A program made the translations under genes and the position numbers. From Desulfovibrio sp. (lineage in GTDB: Bacteria > Desulfobacterota > Desulfovibrionia > Desulfovibrionales > Desulfovibrionaceae), in contig NZ_JAVESS010000010.1 in NCBI RefSeq assembly GCF_034006445.1, positions 28,933-92,932 of the forward strand: a DNA stretch of 64,000 bases, written 5' to 3'. Below, piece after piece: positions 9,921 to 18,115 of the stretch (position 1 is its first letter; every line of letters starts with the position of its first letter). Under the pieces are notes generated by a model, which worked only from the letters and a program-made list of their open reading frames with translations, ran no database searches and was not told where the DNA came from.

Positions 9921-10915
9921 GCCATACAGATGTTGCAGAAGCCGCCATTGGCATGCCCCAGGCTGCGCAGGAGCGCGGCAGGCCGGTAATTTTCGGCAAT
10001 GTGCTGGTCTTTCTGCTTTCTTTGACGCTCCATACGGCCGCGCTCGCCGCCTTGTGGTTTCTGGCTGTTCCCGCATCGGGCGCGGGACAGGGCGGGGGAA
10101 CGGACGGATATATCACGGTCAGCCTGCTGGGCGGGCTACCGGGCGATTCGGGCGGCGTTGGCTCCGGAGCCGTGCCGGCCAATGCCGCCGATGCCGCAGC
10201 CTCTTCCGCAAACGAATCAGAACCCTCAGATGCCAAGGCTCATGAGTCTCCTTCCGTCACGCCTGTTCAGGAGACTGTGCCTGCCGCTGATCACGTTACG
10301 CAGCATGCAGAGGCCGACCAGGCCAAGCCTTCTCTTCCAGTGACGGACGCGGCTATTCCTGTACGCACTGCAAAGCCCGTTCCCAAAGACAAGACCCCCA
10401 ACCCGCCCGCAAATCCCGCCGCCAACCCGCCCGCAAATTCCGCCGCCAAAAAATCCTCGCACGAGCAGGCGCGGCCAGCCAGCGCTGGCACGGCGCAGCA
10501 GGGTGAAAAGGCTTCAAGCCCCGGCCATGAAGGGGGCGGCATGGCAGCGGGCCGAGGCGGCCAAAGTAGCGGGCAGGCAGGACAAAAAGGCGGTGGAAGC
10601 GGCGGTGAAAACAGCGCTGCCGGACAGGGAGGTTCCGCCGGATATCTGAAAGGAAATTACGAGTACATCAAAAGACGTGTCAGGCAGTATCTGGTCTACA
10701 GTCCGCAGGCCAAGCGTATGGGAATTCAGGGTATGGTGACCGTGTCGTTTACCATCCAACAGGACGGCAGGGTCAGGGATGTTGCGGTCAGTAAAAGCAG
10801 CGGTTACCCTTTGCTGGACGAATCCGCCCTTGAAGCGGTGCGTAGTGCAGCCCCCTTCGCAGCGCCGCCGGAGTCGGCGCGCGTGATCATGCCCGTGCAG
10901 TTCAGCCTGAGGTAG
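9917..10915 (+). CDS. tonB: TonB energy transducer 1
   Basis: N-terminal TM with SLTLH, Pro/Ala/Gly-rich linker, C-terminal YSPQAKRMGIQGMVTVSFTI...SSGYPLLDESAL. Confidence 0.88.
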   Translation: MSHTDVAEAAIGMPQAAQERGRPVIFGNVLVFLLSLTLHTAALAALWFLAVPASGAGQGGGTDGYITVSLLGGLPGDSGGVGSGAVPANAADAAASSANESEPSDAKAHESPSVTPVQETVPAADHVTQHAEADQAKPSLPVTDAAIPVRTAKPVPKDKTPNPPANPAANPPANSAAKKSSHEQARPASAGTAQQGEKASSPGHEGGGMAAGRGGQSSGQAGQKGGGSGGENSAAGQGGSAGYLKGNYEYIKRRVRQYLVYSPQAKRMGIQGMVTVSFTIQQDGRVRDVAVSKSSGYPLLDESALEAVRSAAPFAAPPESARVIMPVQFSLR

Positions 10916-10925
10916 CGAGGTAGCT

Positions 10926-12512
10926 ATGGTTATTGCAAGAATTCTGCTTTCTCTTTTTCTGCTGGTTTGCTCCGCCGTTCCCGTTCTGGCGGATGTAAAA
11001 ATATTTGTTACCAATGATGTTCATGGCTACGTGGCCGACAATCCAGAAAAAAAGAACATCGGCTATGCCCGGCTCAAGGCCGTGGCCGATGGCGCGCGGG
11101 CCGAGGGCCATACGGTGTTTGTTCTGGATGCGGGTGACGCCTTCAGCGGCAGCGCCTTTGCGCAGATCGACCAGGGCCGCAGCGTGGCAAAGCTTATGGG
11201 ACAGGTGGGCTACCGCGTGCTCACGCCGGGCAACCACGCCTTTGATTACACCCTGTCTGAAGGCCCATTGTACTACGGCAATGAGTTGCTGCGCCTGGTG
11301 CGTGAAAACAGCCCCGGCAAGGTTGACGCCGTGGCCGAAAACCTCACGTACAAGGGGGCCGATCCTCCCGGCATGGTCACAAAGCCTGTGGTCATTTATG
11401 ATGAAACAGCGAAAAATCCACAGGGCATGCGCGTCATTGTCACTGGCGTTATTACGCCATATTCCGTGAAACCCAGCTTGCGTCAGGCGCTGGCGGACTA
11501 CGACTTCGACTTGAAGCCAACCCCCGAGGCCACCAAAAAAACCATTCTTGACCGGCTGACGCAGTCTCTTGCACCGTATGACAGGCCTCAGGATGTGGTC
11601 ATCGTGCTGAGCCACCTTGGCTATGCCGGGCCCAAAGGCGACAAGGACGGGCGTATCACCGGGCCTGATGTGGCCGCCGTGCCCAATGTGGATTTTGTGG
11701 CGGACGGGCACAGCCACAAGGCTGTGACCCCGAACCGTGACTACGGGGCAATGTACGCCAACGGCGGACGCTATCTTGAGCATTTCATGGTGATCACCCT
11801 TGATGGCAAAAAGGGCGACATGGCCCTTAAATCATACGCTGACGTGGCGGAAGTCGTGCCGGACAAGGCCATGACGGACAGCATCCGACAGCTTGATGCC
11901 GCACAGGGTCTTGAGGAAGTTATCTTCACCTCCCCTGACGACAGTGTTTTCAAGGACGGGCATTTACGCAAGGACAGCACGCCCCTGGGGCGCCTTATTT
12001 GCGAGAGCATGGCAAAGGCTGCCGGAGCCGCCATTGCCCTGCACACTCCCGGCGGCATACGCGCGGGGCTGCCCGGCGGGCCCGTGCACCGGCGTGACCT
12101 GCTTGATGTTTTGCCCTTTGACGACCGACTTGTTGCCGTAGACATGACAGGCAAGGAGATTGCCGGTGTGTTCACGCGCGGCATGGGGCACGGCGGGCGT
12201 GGCTTGCCGCAGTTTTTCGGGCTTGATGTATGGGCCTGGCGGGATGAAGACGACAGCCTGCACGTGGCCGGGTTGCGCCTCACGAACGGGGATTCGCTCC
12301 AGCCGGACAAACAGTACCGGGTGGCCCTGAACGGATTTATGGCCAGAAATATGAATCTGCCCACAAAGAAAGATCGTGGAAACCTCGTGGATGCTTTGGA
12401 AAAACAGTTGAAACAGGGTGTTGATGTGGAGGCCCTGCGGGCAGGCAGGAATTTGTTTGTTTTTGCGGACAAGGCAGCGGCGGAGGCGGCCTGGAAGGCC
12501 GGGAACCGTTAG
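10926..12512 (+). CDS. Periplasmic 5'-nucleotidase / calcineurin-like metallophosphoesterase
   Basis: Signal peptide; TNDVHG, DAGD, GNHAFD, LSHLG, GHSH motifs; C-terminal GGIRA domain. Confidence 0.88.
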   Translation: MVIARILLSLFLLVCSAVPVLADVKIFVTNDVHGYVADNPEKKNIGYARLKAVADGARAEGHTVFVLDAGDAFSGSAFAQIDQGRSVAKLMGQVGYRVLTPGNHAFDYTLSEGPLYYGNELLRLVRENSPGKVDAVAENLTYKGADPPGMVTKPVVIYDETAKNPQGMRVIVTGVITPYSVKPSLRQALADYDFDLKPTPEATKKTILDRLTQSLAPYDRPQDVVIVLSHLGYAGPKGDKDGRITGPDVAAVPNVDFVADGHSHKAVTPNRDYGAMYANGGRYLEHFMVITLDGKKGDMALKSYADVAEVVPDKAMTDSIRQLDAAQGLEEVIFTSPDDSVFKDGHLRKDSTPLGRLICESMAKAAGAAIALHTPGGIRAGLPGGPVHRRDLLDVLPFDDRLVAVDMTGKEIAGVFTRGMGHGGRGLPQFFGLDVWAWRDEDDSLHVAGLRLTNGDSLQPDKQYRVALNGFMARNMNLPTKKDRGNLVDALEKQLKQGVDVEALRAGRNLFVFADKAAAEAAWKAGNR

Positions 12513-12572
12513 TAGGGGTAGCCTGCGAGGGCGGTATTTTTAGTGGAAACTATCAGTCCGGCTGGTGTTATT

Positions 12573-12965
12573 TAGAGGCGGCGTTCAGGCAGCTATGGAT
12601 CGGTAGGAATTTTGGGGGCTGTTCTTAGTTTGAGTTTGGGCCGCCTGCGCGGCGGGCGGCAGAGGCGGTCGCAGACCGGGATTTGATCGCTGGGCTATTG
12701 TGCTGGCCGGGATTTTGTAGAGGCGGCGTTCAGGAAGGGTATAGGCCGGTAGTATTTTTTTGGGCTGCTCATTACTCTGGTTTGGGCCGCCTGCGCGGCG
12801 GGCGGCAGAGGGGGGCTGGCAGACCGGGTTTCGAACGCAGGGCTATTGTGCTGGCCGGGATTTTATATAGGTGGCGTTCAGTGCAGGGTATAGACCGAAC
12901 GTAATTTTTGGGGCTGTTCTTGGTTTGAGTTTGGGCCGCCTGCGCGGCGGGCGGCAGAGGGGGCC
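12573..12965. repeat. Three tandem degenerate ~147-bp repeats
   Basis: Units start at 12573, 12718, 12868 (TAG..GGCGTTCAG); each has invariant TTTGGGCCGCCTGCGCGGCGGGCGGCAGAGG. Confidence 0.85.
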
Positions 12966-13109
12966 TGTTAGGGGCTGTGCCCCTCCGAGGCCCCCTCTGC
13001 ACTCCCCCCGGACGACCCCCAAGGTTCTCAATTACCCTAACGTGGCGAGGGCTGCGCGGCTTTTGCTGCGGGAGCTTCCTCGCTCCGCTCGGCGATCTCC
13101 CTCCGCGCC

Positions 13110-13596
13110 GCGCAATGCCATCCACAAGTTTGGCTGTGGTTCAGCCAGGCAATCGCTTGCCATCAACGCGTTTGCTGTGGTTCAGCCAGGCATAGCTTGC
13201 CATCAACGCGTTTGCTGCGGTTCAGTTCGGGCAGGCACTTGCACTCGGCGCAATGCCATCCACAAGTTTGGCTGCGGTTCAGTAGGGGCGTCGCTTGCCA
13301 TCCACGCGTTTGGCTGCGGTTCAGTTCGTGTAGTCGCTAGTCCTCCACGAGATTGCTGCGGTTCAATTCGGGTAGTCGCGGAGTCATTCAGTGCAACGCC
13401 ATTGGTGGGGTTTGCTGCTGTTCAGAACAACGGTGAGCAAGCCATCCGGCGCAATGCCATCCACAAGTTTGGCTGCGGTTCAGCCAGGCAATAGCTTGCT
13501 ATTCACAAGTTTGGCTGCAGTTCAGCCAGGCAATCGCTTGCCATCCACGAGATTGCTGCGGTTCTGTTTGGACAGTCATTTGCACTCGGCGCAATG
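13110..13596. repeat. Tandem array of ~10 degenerate units (27-28-bp core, mostly 41-43-bp period)
   Basis: Core GCCATCCACAAGTTTGGCTGCGGTTCAG followed by short linkers that themselves recur (CCAGGCAATCGCTT). Confidence 0.85.
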
Positions 13597-13748
13597 CACC
13601 TGCAGGTGTAGCTACGGCCCAGACTGCGGGGCTGTAAATCATCCGGCGCGATGGCATAAAAGCAGTACTCCAGCCCCGATATCTGCGTTTACGCCTGTGC
13701 TGTGGCCGGATTTGTCACAGGCAGGGCTGACTTGTGGGCAGCTTGCGG

Positions 13749-14576
13749 CTATACGCTCCAGAACATGAGGGCGGCCTTTGCCTGCACACTTTCCCGCACC
13801 CGACCGTCACTGCTCAGTTCCGCCAGTTTACGGGTCAGGCCCTCCTTTTGCTGCGGGCTAAGCGGCCCCATGCTTTCAAAGAAGCGCAGATACATGAGTT
13901 CCGCCTCTTCAAGGCTGCAGTCGCTTTCCCACGCGCGGTCCATATATTCCACTTCGGGGTAGTATCCCATCAGCCAGAGCAGATTGAAGGCGCAATAAAA
14001 ACTGCGGCTTACGCGCTCCTTGTGCGCGTCCCAGTCCACCAGCGACTTGAGTTGGTCGCGCACCGAGTGGCAGGTATCAACCTGGCTGATGATGCAGCAG
14101 GAGCCGCAAGAGGCCGCGATCATTTTTTCCAGGGCAGCCTTGTCGTTGACTGCCGGAGTTCTGGAGGCAAGAACCAGGTGAAACCGGTTGCGCCATCCCA
14201 GGGCGTCCAGATCGGCAATGCTCCAGTCCAGCACCTGAAAATGCGCCTTGTCGCACCCGTCCCGCGCGGCGTTTTCCCTGGCGAGTTCTATCATGGCGGG
14301 GGCAATGTCAAAGCCCTCCACGCGACCCACCAGAGGAGCCATCTCAAGCGCGTGGCTGCCAGGGCCGCAGCCGATATCAAGTACAGACGCCGACGGGTCA
14401 AGCCCCGCCTTGCGGGCTATGTGCTCCACAAGCAGACGCCTGTGTTCGCGTGAGGCATCACCCCGGATGTGGTCGTTGAACGAAGGCGCGCGTTTGTTCC
14501 AAAAATCCGCCATGCCGGTTCGCTCTGGCTGGTAGTCCACCCAAAGCGCTTCAAAAGTACGCATGGTTAGTGGCAT
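13749..14576 (-). CDS. Class I SAM-dependent methyltransferase 1
   Basis: Motif I VLDIGCGPG, DIAPAMI; N-terminal FWNKRAPSF; overlaps DUF364 stop. Confidence 0.88.
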   Translation of the reverse strand: MPLTMRTFEALWVDYQPERTGMADFWNKRAPSFNDHIRGDASREHRRLLVEHIARKAGLDPSASVLDIGCGPGSHALEMAPLVGRVEGFDIAPAMIELARENAARDGCDKAHFQVLDWSIADLDALGWRNRFHLVLASRTPAVNDKAALEKMIAASCGSCCIISQVDTCHSVRDQLKSLVDWDAHKERVSRSFYCAFNLLWLMGYYPEVEYMDRAWESDCSLEEAELMYLRFFESMGPLSPQQKEGLTRKLAELSSDGRVRESVQAKAALMFWSV

Positions 14577-15340
14577 GATTCAGCCACCATATTTACCTTT
14601 TGCCCACCGTGCCCAAAAATGGCTTCACAGTTGTCGTTCTTGAGGGATGCGCTCATCTTTTCAGCGTCAACCACAACCAGACCCGAAAGGGAGCGCACCC
14701 CGTGCGAGAAAAGCAGAGGGTTCATGGGCGTGCTGGGGCCCACCATGTATACCTTGGCGTTGGCGCTCAGTTCCAGCAGCCTGGTGATGGTCTTATTGAT
14801 AAAGGTGGTGCCGGTAATAAAAACAAGATCTTGCTGTGGCAAAATATATTCCGCCGCAGTGTCCGGCAAATCCCCGGGTTGGGGCTGACGCTCAAGTATT
14901 GAAAGTTCACAGTGCTGGCGCAGCCGCCCAAGACCGGGAAAATGCCCGACAACGGTTACTTTTTTGCCCTTTGCCTCTGAAAGAAAAAAGTCAAAGGCAT
15001 CCCCGTGGCGATTGTCCAGCGCCGTACGCAGGGGGCTTGGCTCCACAAGAGCCAGGGTATTGTTGGCGGCGTTCAGGGCGGCAAGGCCGATGGAGGCGGC
15101 GTTGAAATCCCAGGACTTTATTTTTTCCGCTATCCGGCGCAGAGGCTGGCCCACCATGTCATGACAGGACTGGGCAGAGTCGGACGCACCCGGAGCAGGG
15201 GGGAAATACTGCGCCATCCCTATGCCGCCGCTGTCTGTCTCCACCATGAGCCAGTGTTTGCCGCAGGTGAAGGATTTGACCAGAGCAGTGTCGGGCACAG
15301 AGTCAAGCAGTGCGTCATACAAAAACCAGCGGTTACTCAT
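14567..15340 (-). CDS. DUF364/DUF4213 Rossmann-like (putative heavy-metal chelation) protein
   Basis: ASIGLAALNA, KKVTVVGHFP, LPQQDLVFITGTTFINKT, MVGPSTP; start MSNRW overlaps FmdE stop. Confidence 0.82.
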   Translation of the reverse strand: MSNRWFLYDALLDSVPDTALVKSFTCGKHWLMVETDSGGIGMAQYFPPAPGASDSAQSCHDMVGQPLRRIAEKIKSWDFNAASIGLAALNAANNTLALVEPSPLRTALDNRHGDAFDFFLSEAKGKKVTVVGHFPGLGRLRQHCELSILERQPQPGDLPDTAAEYILPQQDLVFITGTTFINKTITRLLELSANAKVYMVGPSTPMNPLLFSHGVRSLSGLVVVDAEKMSASLKNDNCEAIFGHGGQKVNMVAESCH

Positions 15341-15908
15341 GGCAGACCTCAAGTGGGCGATAGTAAGCGCCATCGGCGCAGGCGCGGCAGTATGTCTTGC
15401 CGTCCCGCAAGACTTCCTTGCAGTCCAGCACATCCTCACCACAGGCGGCGCAGGTGCATACGCGAACTGGCGGGCCGGGCAGTTCGCCTTCCGGCATGTC
15501 TATGTGTACTTCCTGCCATGCAAAGATGTCATCATCAGTGTACTTTTCCCAAAAGGCTATCTGCTCCTGTTTGGGAACATCGTGGGGAGGACGGTCGGAT
15601 GTGGTCACGTGTACCCTGACAGCCCGTCCGCTCTTAAGGTCAAGAAAAGACATGGCGGTTTTGCCATATCCATAGACCTTGACCCGCCTGCGGCCCAGAG
15701 TCACGCCTGTGACCACATGGGTGGCATCGGCCACGCATCTGTCAGTTTCCAGAAAAATAACAAGATCCCGCAGGTTGTCTTCGGGTTTGAGATCAAGCAG
15801 GCGCAAGGCCATAAGGGACATGCGGATGCCCAAGACCTGCCCGCTACAAATGTGACCGTGGTACTTTTCAGCCTTTTCAAGGAATGGTGTGATGTTTGTC
15901 ATGGCCAT
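15333..15908 (-). CDS. FmdE-family protein 1 with C-terminal C4 zinc finger
   Basis: YHGHICSGQVLG, ETDRCVADA, CAACGE...YCRAC. Confidence 0.88.
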   Translation of the reverse strand: MAMTNITPFLEKAEKYHGHICSGQVLGIRMSLMALRLLDLKPEDNLRDLVIFLETDRCVADATHVVTGVTLGRRRVKVYGYGKTAMSFLDLKSGRAVRVHVTTSDRPPHDVPKQEQIAFWEKYTDDDIFAWQEVHIDMPEGELPGPPVRVCTCAACGEDVLDCKEVLRDGKTYCRACADGAYYRPLEVCHE

Positions 15909-16047
15909 ACTGTAGTTGTGGTGTATGATATAGTTGCATAAACCTGACCTGTGACACGGAGCCTGTCAATGTATTATGGGGGGTAAGTGTGTACTCAGTA
16001 TTGTTATAACATTGCTTACGACATGTCACGTCTTTGTTAAATTTTAA

Positions 16048-16076
16048 TAGTCACGCTTTTTTAGTAACCGAGACTA
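16048..16076. promoter_or_regulatory. Candidate transcription-factor operator (imperfect palindrome)
   Basis: TAGTCACG-N13-CGAGACTA (7/8 symmetric) in AT-rich DNA upstream of fmdE1. Confidence 0.45.
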
Positions 16077-16363
16077 TTGTGTGGACGGATGACATAGTCA
16101 TTCCATTGGCTTTTTCAAAGGAGCGTGCGCTGCCCCTTGTGGGCTGGGGAAGATGTGCGTTGCAATGGCGTGCTGCCTGCAGGAAGGCTGTAGTTGGAGC
16201 CACTCAGCACAGACACATTTGGAGCGAAGTATGTTTTGGGGCGTGAATTCTCTACGTTCAAGGCATGCCCGTTACGGCGCTTGAACTCGCGGATAACCAG
16301 CGTTGACGCTATCCGGCGAACGCCAGCAGGGAACCGACGCTCTGCGCCATACTAAAATACAAG

Positions 16364-16422
16364 AAGAGTTTTCGGGGGGGAGTGTGGGGGAGGAGCTCTT
16401 TTGCAAAAGGCCCCCCCCGCAA
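16364..16422. repeat. REP-like GC-rich hairpin, family E copy 1
   Basis: AAGAGTTTT..GGGGG.GTGTGGGGGAGGAG..CTTTTGCAAAAGG..CCCC; second copy at 31351-31416. Confidence 0.7.
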
Positions 16423-16461
16423 GGCATTTCAGGCTATCTGCGGCATGACGCCATGGAGCGC

Positions 16462-17349
16462 TTACCGCAAACTGAAGATGAAGGGCAGTTCCACCAGGGT
16501 ATTCACTGGCTGACCCTTGAGTTTGCCGGGGACAAAACGCATGTTTTTTGCCGCCTTGAGCGCCGCTTCCTCGAAATACCCGTCCGGCGTCGCGTTGACA
16601 ACTTCACAGTTGCGGGGCTGGCCGGAGGCGTCCACCACAAGGCGCACCTTGACGGAACCCTGAATGTTCATGCGTTGGGCCCTGGCGGGGTATTCCGGTT
16701 CAACGCGCCGGGTAATGCTGGGGCGTTGATCCAGTACATCGCAGGCGTAGGCGTCAATCCCGCCCACGGTGCGCGGCTGCGGCCCTGCTGGTGCGGTTGC
16801 CCCTGCCTGAAGTGCCGGGCCAGCCGTGGTGCCTGTGGCGGCCGAGGCAACCGTAGTGGTCGGGACGGCAGGAGAAGGCTGTGCTGCCGGAAGGGAAGGC
16901 TGCTCAGGCGTGGCTGCTTCCTTGGGTATGGCTGTTTCGCTCTTTTTGGGGCTGATCTTTTTTGCTTCCGGCTTCGGTGGTACAGGTTTGGCGGGGCGGG
17001 CATCCGGCTTTGGCTGCGCCAGTTCCGGCGGAGGCGGCGGAGACGGCGCGGGCTTTTCCGCCACAGCGGGCGCGGCAAGCAAGGTGGGATCTGCAGACAC
17101 GGCAGGCGGCGATCCAGCGGCCGGAGCAAACTCGGCAAGCGTCACACGGTAGACCCTTACCGCTGTGGGTGGCGCTTCCCTGCCCAGCAGCAGCAAACCG
17201 CCCAGCAGCAGCGCGTGCATACCCAGGGAAAGGGCCAGGGCCACGCCACGTATGCCAGACAGTGTCGTCATGGGCGTCTTTCCTGGTATTTCTGCGTTGA
17301 ACTTCGTCCTGTATTCCGGACGAGTGCCATCAGAGTACACTCCCTGCAT
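16462..17349 (-). CDS. tonB: TonB energy transducer 2 (start uncertain: 17349 or 17271)
   Basis: TM SLGMHALL, Pro-rich linker, YPARAQRMNIQGSVKVRLVVDASG...FEEAALKAA. Confidence 0.87.
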   Translation of the reverse strand: MQGVYSDGTRPEYRTKFNAEIPGKTPMTTLSGIRGVALALSLGMHALLLGGLLLLGREAPPTAVRVYRVTLAEFAPAAGSPPAVSADPTLLAAPAVAEKPAPSPPPPPELAQPKPDARPAKPVPPKPEAKKISPKKSETAIPKEAATPEQPSLPAAQPSPAVPTTTVASAATGTTAGPALQAGATAPAGPQPRTVGGIDAYACDVLDQRPSITRRVEPEYPARAQRMNIQGSVKVRLVVDASGQPRNCEVVNATPDGYFEEAALKAAKNMRFVPGKLKGQPVNTLVELPFIFSLR

Positions 17350-17365
17350 AAAAAGCTCGTTTTCC

Positions 17366-18115
17366 TTAAAAAAGCACATGGGGCTGGCCGTCAATGGTCT
17401 GCAAACGGACTGCCATGCCGTATGCGCGGCCAAGGTCATGCTCGCTCAGTCCCGATGTCGGCCCCTGATATGCCGGGCGTCCCTGGTGCAGAAGCATGGC
17501 GTGCTGCGTGTAGCGCAGCGCATAGCTCAGGTGGTGCAGCACGATGCACACACAAATGCGGCGAGTTGTACTGATATCTGTAATTGTTTCAAGCAGTTCA
17601 ACCTGATTGCGTATGTCCAGGTGGTTGACGGGCTCATCCAGCAGAAGGACGGGAGCTTCCTGCGCAAGAGCGCGGGCTATAAGCACTTTTTGCAGCTCGC
17701 CGCCGCTGAGGCTGGTGACGCACTGTTTTTCCAGATGGGTGAGATGCAGTTCTTCAAGGGCGGCCTGTGTTTTCAGGCGATCTTCCTTGCCGGGCAGCCA
17801 GCCCATGTGCGCTCTGCGCCCCAAAAGCACGGCATCAAAAACGCTGCTCGGCACGGGCTGGGCAGTCTGCGACAGGTAGGCCACGGCTTGCGCGCGCTGG
17901 CGGCGGTTCAGGCCGAAAAGGCCGCTTCCTCCGTACAGCACGCGCCCGGATGTGGGGCGTTCAAGCCCGGCCACAATTCTGGCAAGGGTGCTTTTGCCCG
18001 CGCCGTTGGGGCCGATGAGGGCCATGCAGCGTCCCGGTTCAAGGCAAAAGGATATGCCCTCAAGGATGGTTTTGCCGGAGCGTGCCACAAGAGAGATGTT
18101 TTCGGCCTCAAGCAT
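17366..18115 (-). CDS. ABC transporter ATP-binding protein
   Basis: GPNGAGKS, LSGGELQ, LLLDEP; start overlaps permease stop. Confidence 0.92.
   Translation of the reverse strand: MLEAENISLVARSGKTILEGISFCLEPGRCMALIGPNGAGKSTLARIVAGLERPTSGRVLYGGSGLFGLNRRQRAQAVAYLSQTAQPVPSSVFDAVLLGRRAHMGWLPGKEDRLKTQAALEELHLTHLEKQCVTSLSGGELQKVLIARALAQEAPVLLLDEPVNHLDIRNQVELLETITDISTTRRICVCIVLHHLSYALRYTQHAMLLHQGRPAYQGPTSGLSEHDLGRAYGMAVRLQTIDGQPHVLF

Noticed and set aside
12871-13494. 207-aa ORF with repeated AIHKFGCGS
   Set aside because: It is a translation of the tandem arrays; the peptide repeat is lost whenever a 41-bp unit shifts the frame, and there is no RBS
13110-13596. CRISPR array
   Set aside because: Repeats are degenerate throughout, linkers are mostly 13-15 bp and recur, there is no AT-rich leader, and no cas genes are in the window
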